A stretch of DNA of 63,865 nucleotides, filler included, from Perkinsus chesapeaki ATCC PRA-425 (taxonomy: Eukaryota; Protista; Perkinsozoa): assembly GCA_013115145.1 (NCBI GenBank). It is 9 parts of 9 records of this genome, joined end to end, with 100 filler letters (N's around TTAATTAATTAA, not from the genome) between each part and the next. Parts side by side here need not be neighbours in the genome. Positions count along the whole stretch, not along the records: positions 1 to 5,403 come from JAAPAO010001163.1; positions 5,504 to 10,715 come from JAAPAO010001181.1; 7 more parts are not named here. One strand, 5' to 3'. Of the stretch, positions 1 to 9,573 are shown one piece after another; within the stretch, counting starts at the first letter, position 1, and every line of letters begins with the position of its first letter. Under the pieces are notes generated by a model that searched no databases, was not told the origin of the DNA, and saw only the letters and a program-made list of their open reading frames with translations. The translations under genes and the position numbers were made by a program.

Positions 1-102
1 CGCTATGCATAGCTGCAGCACCCAGCTGTATGAAACATTGGAAGTCATTACGCTGGTGCAGTTTAGTTATTTTACCCCTATCGACCACCCCCCTCTTCCC
101 CC

Positions 103-1119
103 ATGGCAGCCCCAATTGATGCAGCTCTCCAGGAGCTTTATCTTTCGTTAGGTACTCCCGTCGATGTCCGCGAAGCTTTCACTGGTCTCGGTCTTACGTC
201 GGTTCCTCTAATTGGTGCCATTTCTGATGCGGACCTCCAAGGTGCCTTTGCAGATGCCGACATTGTTAATCGAACTTCGGCGTTTGCTGCCAAGGCTGCG
301 GCTGTCATTTCGGTCAATCGTCAAGATGGTGTTGGTAATGCCTCTCAACAAGATCAATTGTTGTTACAGTCTATTGAGGCGGCTAAGGTGTTGTTTAAGC
401 TCACGCCACCACCTGAGGCTCTGCCTTTGTCAAGGCATTTCCGTAAGTTGCAGTCATCACCTCTGAGCTTTGTGGATTTAGGAGAAATGATCAATTCGGC
501 TGCTTCAATCAAGTATGAAGTAGATTTGAGAGGTTCACTCGTCGCCGTTCAGTCTACAACCCGGCAAGCTAAAATCTCTTCTACTGCTGATTGGTATTCT
601 TGCTTTATGAGGTATGCAACTGCTTTATTATTGATATCCTCTCAACAACGTCCGGATAACTTCTTCATTGATCCTTTTTCTATTATGGTATATGTTGGTA
701 GGGTATTACGTTGTATGGCTATTCATGGTGTTGCGGTTGGCTATGAGTATGATAAAGCTCATCGTCAACGCCTTCATGGTTGGTTTCTGGAGGCGGATGG
801 GTCTCTATCTGCTGCTGATCTTTTCCGGAGGGATAGAGATCCTTCGTTACTATCCTATATTGTTTCAACGTATTCGGTTACTGGTTCTACACAGAAGTCT
901 TCCAAAAACGTTATGAGTGTAGCCGACAAATCCTCTAATAAACGTAAAGTTTGTTATAGTTGGCGTGATTCGAAGACGTGTATCTATGGTGATAAGTGCA
1001 TCTATGCACATATGACTGTTTCTAATAATAATGGGCAACCTTCTAAACGTAGCAATGGTAACTCCATTAACTCTAAGGCCATAACTTCTGAAGGGTCTCT
1101 GTCATCAAGAACAACTTAG
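103..1119 (+). CDS. Gag-like ORF1 of the YR retrotransposon, with C-terminal CCCH zinc finger
   Basis: 338 aa; CYSWRDSKTCIYGDKCIYAH = C-x8-C-x5-C-x3-H; lies upstream of RT. Confidence 0.8.
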   Translation: MAAPIDAALQELYLSLGTPVDVREAFTGLGLTSVPLIGAISDADLQGAFADADIVNRTSAFAAKAAAVISVNRQDGVGNASQQDQLLLQSIEAAKVLFKLTPPPEALPLSRHFRKLQSSPLSFVDLGEMINSAASIKYEVDLRGSLVAVQSTTRQAKISSTADWYSCFMRYATALLLISSQQRPDNFFIDPFSIMVYVGRVLRCMAIHGVAVGYEYDKAHRQRLHGWFLEADGSLSAADLFRRDRDPSLLSYIVSTYSVTGSTQKSSKNVMSVADKSSNKRKVCYSWRDSKTCIYGDKCIYAHMTVSNNNGQPSKRSNGNSINSKAITSEGSLSSRTT

Positions 1120-1346
1120 GCCTCACTCAGTCTAGTAAGTTACCTTCATCTGTTTTTGATTACTAAGTAGTTTCTTTGTAATCTTGTTGTGTTTGTGGCT
1201 TTCGCATACCTTCCCATATTTACGAACATACTTTGTGTATGTCCTGGGAATCGTTCGGGTATCGGAAGTCGGAGGGTCGTTCTTCTATGTGATAACGGCT
1301 GGTTTTGTCATTCTCTGTTGAGAAGTTAATACTTTGGTTTTGTGAT

Positions 1347-3494
1347 ATGTCTGTTCATCACATACAGCGTCAGAGCTTTGTGAGGAAGGTTTCAGCTGGT
1401 GAGACGATTGGCGACTACAGTGACCCTCAGTTTGTACGAGATATGTCCATCGAAATGGTCCATCAGTCTCGTGCTGAGGAGGCTGCTAACTTTCAGGATG
1501 GTTCTTCAGTCAATGCCTGCCTTCCGGGTTCAAAACCTTCTTTGGCTAGATCGCAACTGCCCCTTCTATCTCTACTGGTATCTTGTATTGTATCTTCGTC
1601 CCTTCCAACATTTTGTGACTCGATTGTTGGCTCTCCATCTCCTGATGAGCAAATCATATTACGAAGGAAAGTTGCTTCAGTGGTAGATGATATTTTGGTT
1701 CGTTTACCTGAGAGAGGTGTGGATGTATCAGTGGCTCGTGTTGGTGGTTCTCTCCGTCCACATATTCTTGGCGCTCTCTTGTCTGAAATTGACGATCCGG
1801 AATCGCATCTTCCTCCTGAGAGTAGTTTGGTTGTGGCTTTGGATGGTGGTGTTAATATTGGCTATCATTCTACGATTGTTACTACTGGTCTCTACCCTCC
1901 CTTTTCTGCTAAATTATCTCCTGATGAGCCTTTAAAGTTGGTTTGGTCTACGACTAACTATAAATCAGCTGAGGGAGATTTGGCTCCGTTGGTTGATGAG
2001 GTTCTTCGTGATGAAGTTTCTTCCGGTTTTCTGTTACCTGTTACCGAGTCACAGGTTCAACATGTCTGTCGTCTAGCTGCGATTCCCAAGAACGGGTGCT
2101 CTGGTCCAACCGTGCGGTTAATCTCAGATCATAGACGTAGTGGTCTAAATGGTTTATTATCTTGTGATGAGAGTTGTGCCTTACCATATCTTCGAGACCT
2201 TTTATTACTCCTACATCCCATTACTGTCACTGGTCATAGTTTGACTTCGATACAGTTGGATATATCCCACGCCTTTAGGACGATTCGGGTTAGTCCTAGA
2301 GATGTTCCTCTGTTGGGTGTTCATCATAAAGATTCATTTTATTTGGACCTGGCTTTACCGTTTGGCCTTCGGAGTAGTCCTTATTGGTGGAATAGGCTGT
2401 CTTCAACTATTCACCGTGTCATGTCGGTTTTCGTACGGTTGAGTGACCTCTCGCAGTCGGTTCGTGAAGGCGGTTTAACGTATGTTGATGACGTTAGTTA
2501 CTTTACTGAGTTCGAGAGTAGGTCAGGTGTGATCCTAGCTCAGCTCTGTGTTTTATGGACCTTATTGGGTTGTGATGTTGCTTATCATAAAGTAGTGGTA
2601 TCCCGTTTCTCTATTCCTGGTACGGTCACTAAAGTTCTTGGTTTTTCTCTATCTCGTGGTATTTGCGGTAGGATCCTTCTGGAGATTCCTCAAGAGAAAT
2701 TGGATTTGGTGTCTAGTCAGCTTCATGATCTTTTAATTGCTCATGAGGTGTCTTCTTCTTCTTTGTCTAAGTTGTGTGGTCGTCTTCAGTGGATGAGTCA
2801 GTTGGCTCCGTTCATTCGTCCTTTCCTTGCATGTTTCTACGGAGCTTCTGCTGTTGCTCAACGTCGTAATTTACACTATTTCCCTGTCTCTTCTAAATCT
2901 TCTCTCCGTTCATCTGCTCAGCAAATATCTTGTTATATATCTGATTCTCAAATTTATCGTTTTATTTCTGTCATTGGTGGCAGTTGTGTATCGTTTAATC
3001 CTACAGTAATCACGTGTGATGCCTCTACTTCATTTGTGGCAGGTTTTATTATTTGTAATTCGCAATGCGTCTACAAATTTCGTTTTAATATTCTTGATTT
3101 ACCTTTGTTACTCCGTGCTACTTTGCTGCGTGATGCGTCTGCCCCGTCTTCTCGTGATATATCTCGTTTGGAGGCGTTAGCTGCTGGAATTGCTTTACTG
3201 CAAGCTGTTGCACTGGTTGATTCTGTTGTCTGTCCGATTATTATTCGTTCGGATAACATTGGAATTGTGCACATGTTGCGCAAGTGTTATTCTAGAGATT
3301 CAGCTTTACATCCTCTATTCAAATTGTTGGCCATGGAGGTATTTTCACGTAAGGTATACGTTTTTCATATAAGGACCCACGATAATATTTTAGCCGATAA
3401 GCTCAGTCGAGGTTGCTCTTGGGATTTCGGTTTAGAGGTTAATGTATGTCCTATTATTGAACGTATATTTTCAGTCTATACTTCGTCTTCGTAA
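1347..3494 (+). CDS. Reverse transcriptase + DIRS-type RNase H (first ATG 1347; frame open from 1305)
   Basis: RLISDHRRSGLN, QLDISHAFRTI, LPFGLRSSP, catalytic YVDD; RNase H acidic residues in TCDAS, LEALA, RSDN, NILADKLSR. Confidence 0.93.
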   Translation: MSVHHIQRQSFVRKVSAGETIGDYSDPQFVRDMSIEMVHQSRAEEAANFQDGSSVNACLPGSKPSLARSQLPLLSLLVSCIVSSSLPTFCDSIVGSPSPDEQIILRRKVASVVDDILVRLPERGVDVSVARVGGSLRPHILGALLSEIDDPESHLPPESSLVVALDGGVNIGYHSTIVTTGLYPPFSAKLSPDEPLKLVWSTTNYKSAEGDLAPLVDEVLRDEVSSGFLLPVTESQVQHVCRLAAIPKNGCSGPTVRLISDHRRSGLNGLLSCDESCALPYLRDLLLLLHPITVTGHSLTSIQLDISHAFRTIRVSPRDVPLLGVHHKDSFYLDLALPFGLRSSPYWWNRLSSTIHRVMSVFVRLSDLSQSVREGGLTYVDDVSYFTEFESRSGVILAQLCVLWTLLGCDVAYHKVVVSRFSIPGTVTKVLGFSLSRGICGRILLEIPQEKLDLVSSQLHDLLIAHEVSSSSLSKLCGRLQWMSQLAPFIRPFLACFYGASAVAQRRNLHYFPVSSKSSLRSSAQQISCYISDSQIYRFISVIGGSCVSFNPTVITCDASTSFVAGFIICNSQCVYKFRFNILDLPLLLRATLLRDASAPSSRDISRLEALAAGIALLQAVALVDSVVCPIIIRSDNIGIVHMLRKCYSRDSALHPLFKLLAMEVFSRKVYVFHIRTHDNILADKLSRGCSWDFGLEVNVCPIIERIFSVYTSSS

Positions 3495-3589
3495 GTTGGG
3501 AATCACAAACGTTTTATCATTCTATTTACCTATGGTTGCGTTGTCTTTTCTTTTTCCCAAGTTCTCTCTGATTGCTCTGGCTTTCTTTC

Positions 3590-4918
3590 ATGGAAGATCC
3601 TCTCACGTTCCTTGGTTCGGATTCGCCTTTATCTGTACCGATTCGTCGGTATAAGTTAACCTCCTGGAACCTTCTGGCAACTTTGCAACCGGCAGATTTC
3701 CGGTTGGTCTCTAATTCTCTATCAGAAGTTGATCGTGCATCCTTTGCGCGTCTCTGTATCCGTGCTCGTACCTGTGTCTCTTTGTCTGGGTTGACGACAT
3801 TTTCCCCAACTCGATTTGATACTTCACCGCCTCCAGTTGTTCGTACTATTTCGAAACAACCTGTTTATCCTGTGCGCAAGAAAAGATCTGTCGGCATTCT
3901 TTGGCAACCTCCACAAACAAATGTCTTGCCTCCTGTTTTGTACTCTGAAAGTTCTGAGAACTTAGATCCGGAGATTGCGTCTTTTCTTACATCTGGTCTG
4001 GAGTGGAGTACGAGGAAACAGTATTCCAATGTTGAACGTCTTTATAGGGAGTCTCTTTCCCCTTCAGAAATTGCTTTTCCATTATCGGGTAATACTCTCT
4101 GTAAGTTTATTCGACATTTAAGTTTGGCTAATTATGCTACATCTACTATTGAATCTTATTCTCGGTCTTTACGGGCTTTGAATAAGAGATTCGGGTATAC
4201 TTTGTCTCCTGCTGCTGGTTTTCTGGCTTCTACTGCTCTGCGTGCAGCCCGAAAGCGGGGTACAAGCACTATATCTCAATCTCGTGCTTTTACCGCAGCA
4301 GAGTTGGAACGACTTGCCTCATACGTGGGTTCCTATTCTGTGGATATTAAGGTTGCAGCGATTCTCGCCATCTTTGGTTTGCTTCGTGTCGATGAAGTAT
4401 TAAGCCTGAACTATGAGGATGTTTCCTTCTCGGGTTTCGGTGAGGTTTCCTGCCATATGAAGGTGGTTATCAGAAAGTCGAAGACTGATGGTGTTGGGAG
4501 TTTTGAGGAGATTACCCCTAAGCAAGGTCAAGTTGTATGTGTGGGTTGCACCTCTAGTGCGGCTGTATGCAACCACTCTTTATGCCCCTTCCATAGGGTT
4601 TTTGTATTCGTCTCAAGCCGTTTTCCTCCCCCTACTCTTACAAAGTCATCACCCTTGTTTCAGTCAAAGGATGGATCTAGGTTGAAATACAAGGATTTCC
4701 TGGCAGGTTTGCGCCAGATGACTGGTGCTACTGACATTGGTACCCATAGCTGCCGTAGAACGGGCTGTCAGCTCTTGTATCAGAGTGGTTGTGATATATT
4801 ATCTTTACAGGAATATGGTCGCTGGCGTTCTTCAGCGGTTAATACTTACTTGGTTGGTGCAACTCTGAGTCGTGCTCACAGCTACTCGAGCCGCATTTTA
4901 AGAGCTATAGATCAGTAA
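3590..4918 (+). CDS. Tyrosine recombinase (first ATG 3590; frame open from 3572)
   Basis: GLLRVDEV (R), KSKTD (K), HSCRRTG (HxxR), GRWRSSAVNTY (W...Y): complete catalytic set. Confidence 0.93.
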   Translation: MEDPLTFLGSDSPLSVPIRRYKLTSWNLLATLQPADFRLVSNSLSEVDRASFARLCIRARTCVSLSGLTTFSPTRFDTSPPPVVRTISKQPVYPVRKKRSVGILWQPPQTNVLPPVLYSESSENLDPEIASFLTSGLEWSTRKQYSNVERLYRESLSPSEIAFPLSGNTLCKFIRHLSLANYATSTIESYSRSLRALNKRFGYTLSPAAGFLASTALRAARKRGTSTISQSRAFTAAELERLASYVGSYSVDIKVAAILAIFGLLRVDEVLSLNYEDVSFSGFGEVSCHMKVVIRKSKTDGVGSFEEITPKQGQVVCVGCTSSAAVCNHSLCPFHRVFVFVSSRFPPPTLTKSSPLFQSKDGSRLKYKDFLAGLRQMTGATDIGTHSCRRTGCQLLYQSGCDILSLQEYGRWRSSAVNTYLVGATLSRAHSYSSRILRAIDQ

Positions 4919-5133
4919 GATTACTTTGTTCGACGAAGATTGTTGGAGAGTGAAACTCTTGTAGAGATTCCCCGTGCTTTATCCATCGTAGGGTGGTTAT
5001 TCGTTGGTATTAAGTGTGTTTCAGAAATATGTTCATAATCTCGCGTTATAGTTGTTGTTAACATTAGTACGGTCGCCACTTGTTGGTAACATTACTGCGG
5101 TTAGCCCACAAATACTGAAAGTCTCCTACAGCA

Positions 5134-5277
5134 TGGGTTTGGGGCTGGTGGGAGGAAACCTCAGGTGGCCAGCACTGCAGAATTAGCAGGTGCTGGTCAT
5201 TTGAGGTTAGGCCAAGGCAGACCTCAACCCCACTGGCTGACGGTCTACCTTGTCAGCCCCACACCCACATCCTCCCA
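5134..5277 (+). other. GC-rich multi-helix structured element (function unknown)
   Basis: 17-bp stem 5159-5175/5190-5206 with three G-U pairs; 5134-5147 pairs with 5254-5267; 5149-5156 pairs with 5270-5277; GGCTGAC/GTCAGCC hairpin 5235-5258. Confidence 0.6.
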
Positions 5278-5334
5278 GAGCAGACTAACAACGGTAGTGC
5301 GTAACGATCCAAGCAAAGGCACACAGTGGGATAA

Positions 5335-5403
5335 TACTGGAACCGAGAATCGAACTCGGGACCTACTGCGTGTTAGGCAGTCGTCATAACCAACTAGACC
5401 ATT
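5335..5403 (-). tRNA. tRNA-Val(AAC), 5' end cut by the contig gap
   Basis: Minus strand AATGGTCTAGTTGGTTATGACGACTGC-CTAACAC-GCAGTAGGTC-CCGAG-TTCGATT-CTCGG-TTCCAGTA; intact anticodon and T arms. Confidence 0.85.
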
Positions 5404-5503
5404 NNNNNNNNNNNNNNNNNNNNNNNNNNNNNNNNNNNNNNNNNNNNTTAATTAATTAANNNNNNNNNNNNNNNNNNNNNNNNNNNNNNNNNNNNNNNNN
5501 NNN
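5404..5503. other. Artificial contig linker; same linker at 10716-10815, 27877-27976, 45877-45976, 53508-53607, 55561-55660, 60566-60665, 62481-62580
   Basis: Identical 100-nt N-run with central TTAATTAATTAA (stops in all six frames), eight times. Confidence 0.98.
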
Positions 5504-6778
5504 GGGCCCTTGCTCTGCCTCTCTCCCGTTGATAGTTCTTCCGTAGTTTATCCAGTGTTGGCGTCCACCACTCCTTCCTGTTGTTGTTGTAGTAGTTGTT
5601 GTTGTTGTAGTTGTTGTAGTTGTTGTAGTTGTTGTAGTTGTTGTAGTTGTGGTAGTTGTTGTAGTCGTAGTAGTTGTTGTAGTTGTAGTAGTAGTTGTTG
5701 TAGTAGTAGTTGTTGTCGGGGTGGAAGTAGTAGAGGTAGTGGTCGGAGATACAGTTGTTGTGGGAAAGGGAGGACAGGGATCGGTAGGACACTGCAAAGC
5801 CCTATTATCCCACTCTACGAACCTGTCGCCTCCGAAGTCCCATATCTTAAGGGTGCCTGCCTGATCCATTCTAAGGGCCCCTGTTCCACTGTTGACAAGC
5901 TGATTCGGCTCGTGACCAGCTCCACAGTTACCAGCAATTAGAATAGGATCGTTACATGGCCAATTCGCACAGTGCTTATAGACTGAGTCATCAGAGCTTC
6001 TATAGTAAATATAGTCTTGAGTAACATCTGCAACGTCAAATCCGAGTCGACCTTGAACGAAGAAGTCATATTCAAACTTTCGACTTGATTTGAACGGTGT
6101 CCACCTTACAAGTCGAGCATTCTCGACGGGACCTTGTAGAATATAAAGATCACCTCTCGCATATTTAACGGCTAATGGTTGATAGAGATGAGTGTCGTCA
6201 TCAATAGCTTTACCATCACGATGGCCAGCAGCCCTTCGCTGTTCGAATCCAGGAGTTGATGGATTGTAACGGTACACTTGGTTATTCTTTTTATCGCTCG
6301 CAAATAGAAAATGAGAAGACCTATCGAAGCCAAGGCCGGTGAACTCATATCTATCGTCTGCCCTCCGGATAACTTTATATTCGCCTTCTAAGGGTGGTAC
6401 CGTATTGCCAGGAGTACCATACATACGAATCTCATTATCAACTATAGCAAATACGAAGATTGCGCCCTCCCCTTGGTGGTAGACGTCAATTGATTCGGTG
6501 CGGTTTGTAAATACAACGTCGGTAGTCTTTCCGGAATAGTGTACACGCCAAACTTTGTAGTCACCTGTTGCCTTCTCTTCACCAGCTACATACCAATCAC
6601 CGTAGTCATCGAATGCAAAGTCTACCATTCGCACACCACCTTCAGGGAGGAAACCCTCGCCCATGGTTTCCTTGGAGTATATTACCGCCGCCTGGTGAGT
6701 TTGGCACCAATCCGCCTGGGCTGACGCATATAAGGCGTTCTGCAATACCACAAGGAGGAAGCATGTGGCAAGCCCCAT
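5504..6778 (-). CDS. Secreted NHL-repeat-like beta-propeller protein with poly-Thr mucin stalk (3' end lost in gap)
   Basis: Hydrophobic N-terminus MGLATCFLLVVLQNALYASA; blades such as GLGFDRSSHFLFASDKKNNQVYRY and IAGNCGAGHEPNQL...MDQAGTLKIWD; long Thr run at about 5580-5760. Confidence 0.7.
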
Positions 6779-7650
6779 TCGATAAGGTCACCTATGTTAC
6801 CTTCAACGGATAACAACGCTGAGGATAGAAGGATATTCGGGGAGCAACCGTGGAATATTGCTGAGCGCGACTACCTGCCGGAGCAGCTAGTGAAAAATAC
6901 ACAACACTGGACACGACCCAAGGCTCTGTTTTATAGGAACCAGTAGGCTCGCCTCATCGGGGCCGAAAGCTATGGCGCCACTGGATCCATTCGCACTGGA
7001 CGGATGCGTTGTCGAATAGCTAAGCTCCTTTGCTGAACAATACTCCGCTTCTGTTGTGCATTTCAGTTATCACCATGGCGCCATTACCCCCTCAAAAGCT
7101 AATTGTTCAACGCTACACAAACTTTATATACTACAAACGAGGCGAGGACTAGCTGCTGTATGTCAGTTTACCTGTGGAATGGCCGGGTGACGGCTTGAGA
7201 AAAAGGATTTTGTGACCGCCACCGCGACAGCGCATGCGTGCATGTTCGGTTACATTCGTGGCACTAGCTCCTTTTTCCGTTGTTATCGTGGTTCCTGGGC
7301 AAATCCTTGGATAGAATCCTACTTCTGATTTATGAGAGTACACGACTCACACAACAAGCTCAGTTTTACCATTGGTTGAACTTTCATGAAGGGGTGAGTC
7401 ACCCGGGGTGACGTTGGCCGGGCCTGCTGGGATGCTCTTGCAGAGGAATTTACCATGCCGCAACTCGTTCCACGGTACGAGAGAGCCTCACGAAACCTCT
7501 CACGTAGCGCGTTTGCGCTCCGCCCGTTCAGTGGAAAGCTAGGAAAAGACTATCTCCATTCTTGAGGGGATAACTCTTGTGGAGTCAGGCCCACTGGGCC
7601 TGGCCCAGCTCCCACGGGGAGTCCAAAGGAGCCTTGTCACACTCAGGGAG

Positions 7651-7722
7651 TGTCGCGGTATCAGTCGATGAACTCTGTAGAATAACACAACAAAGAAGTT
7701 TGAGCCAGAATACCAATACTAC
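7651..7722 (-). mobile_element. LTR terminus of the gypsy family at 53608-55560 (probable solo LTR; far end not located)
   Basis: 67/72 nt identical to 55489-55560, starting at the same TGTCGCGG terminus; no PBS beside it. Confidence 0.8.
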
Positions 7723-9573
7723 GACCCTTGGACAATAGGTACAAGCGCAATAACTGCACTTAAGTTCTGCACCAATCTATGTGTACGCAAACACAATTCC
7801 TCCGCGCAATTAATCGATATTGGGCCCGAGTCGAGCCGCTCGACAGCTATAAAGGGAATGGCGAAGGTTTAATCCATCAGACACCAAGTTGTGGGGATAT
7901 CAACAATATAGCAAGATGGGGATCAATCTGGACCCACAATAGGAGCTGCGCCACACCGTTTGCGTCTACGTCTTCAATCAGGAAGTGGCTACTGTATTGA
8001 GGCCTTTGCGGACGACCTCATGATGAGGTCCTCATCCGCAGCATCCCCTTGGAATCAAGAGCTGTATAATTCTGCTGAGTGTGTTTGCTCCGATAGGCTG
8101 GCGACGGATGGTGCTCGCTTGCCCCGCGCCGCCGCGGTATTCTTTCCTTAATGACTGATACAGCGGCGACCATGCCTTCCTTATGACCGAGCGGCCGGTC
8201 GCTCCTTTCTATTTCTTGATCGGGTCTCTACTCGTTCAATCGCTCTTCTCATACCCTATATCGCCCAACTATACCTATCTCCTTCTACAACTTACACCTA
8301 TCGGTAGCTCGCATGTCCGACTGTTCACATGACTGCCGTAGTACTCCGGTATGCGGGCTATCTGGCAGGAAACATTCCAACTGAACTGCTGTACTTCGTG
8401 GCCCTGGTAAGAACTCCAGCAGTGCGTTGTAGGATCATCTACGTCCTCTTCAACTTGCGTGTGTGTGAGTTTATAGTCCAACGCCAAAAATGGCTGAATT
8501 AGTCTATCCATTCTATGTGAAACTGCTGAGAGAGTTTACACACATATACTTGTACAACTTGCACTTGCATTCTCTCGCACCCTCTCCAACTTGCATTCTA
8601 GATTCTAGACGGCACATCGCCTATGATTCTCGTGAGATATCCTTGGATCCACTCGCTCATTGTTCAGGTTAATAGTGTATAGTGTTGTAGCTTTCCTGAC
8701 TGGACCATTCTCCGCAAGTGTTTGCTACTTTCTCCAGGGCACAGGAAGTGCTCACCGACCTCGCAAAAGGCCTCTGTCGCACTGCCGGTTTCGGGTTGGC
8801 AGGGCTGAAAGTCTTAGTGAACTCCTGTATGGCCTTCTGCCCCAAAATACAGTAAATATTCGTCATCCTTTCACGCTTTCAAAGGACGAGCGAATACTGC
8901 TACCGACACTCGACAGGTATTACCGGACAGTTAATACCGGTATTGATATAGGAACTTGAATACTACTGCGGTATTGGAAACAGTGTAGTTGCGTACTTAA
9001 CGTTTGCCTTATGAAGTACCTTCCTTCGGCTTGCGCTTTCGGTTACGGCCTAGTCGAGATTCTATAACCTTCCTTTTTCTTAGTTAGCATTACGAACACA
9101 ATGCACATGCGATGGATGCGGAAAAGAGATGAAGGCGATGAAACCGGCGACAGTTGCGAGTTCGCACTGAAGCAAATGCTCCATATGCCATAAAAAGAGA
9201 AGTTGCAGATACGTTGTACCTTGCATATAGGGAATACTAAATACCCAGTTTAGGACTGAGCTACATTATGATGGATAATTAAGGGAATACTAATACTAAG
9301 GATATATGATACGAACAACAGTAACTGAACTGTCATAGACAGCTGTAGTAGTGGAATGCAGTACCATCCCACTTGCAGCGATCAACTTCGTTCACGAAAA
9401 AGAAGCGCAAATGAAGCGTTACGTATAAGAAACACTCGATCTTTCGATCACATCCGCATGGCGGATGGAAAAGGTATATAACTAAGAGGCGATTCTTCAG
9501 TGAACTTCGCGAAACCTAGCTCCACCGTAAATTATTGGTCGGTGGAAGAAGAGACATCAGGCGAGTCAGTTTA

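Larger units (their letters stand above)
1..5330 (+). mobile_element. Ngaro/DIRS-type tyrosine-recombinase retrotransposon (boundaries approximate; left end may lie outside the window)
   Basis: Three co-oriented ORFs in the order gag (CCCH finger), RT-RNase H, tyrosine recombinase. No DDE integrase or protease seen. Confidence 0.9.

Noticed and set aside
1-60. Possible hammerhead core (CTGTATGA...GAAAC) at the element 5' end
   Set aside because: The CUGANGA core is broken and the required stems are absent.
5225-5232. CAACCCCA resembling a ciliate telomerase template inside the structured element
   Set aside because: An 8-nt match in a C-rich strand; no telomerase-like architecture, and the expected repeat for this lineage differs.
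5448-5459. TTAATTAATTAA palindrome repeated eight times, and ORFs ending XXXLIN
   Set aside because: Artificial assembly linker; the ORF ends and any cross-linker gene neighbourhoods are artefacts.
5510-5941. Cys/Ser-rich, poly-Val and Asn/Tyr-rich ORFs here and at 9917-10510
   Set aside because: Alternative frames of the poly-Thr and S/T tracts.
6795-7254. TG...CA-bounded segment as a second solo LTR
   Set aside because: Termini are imperfect, there is no target-site duplication and no second copy in the window.
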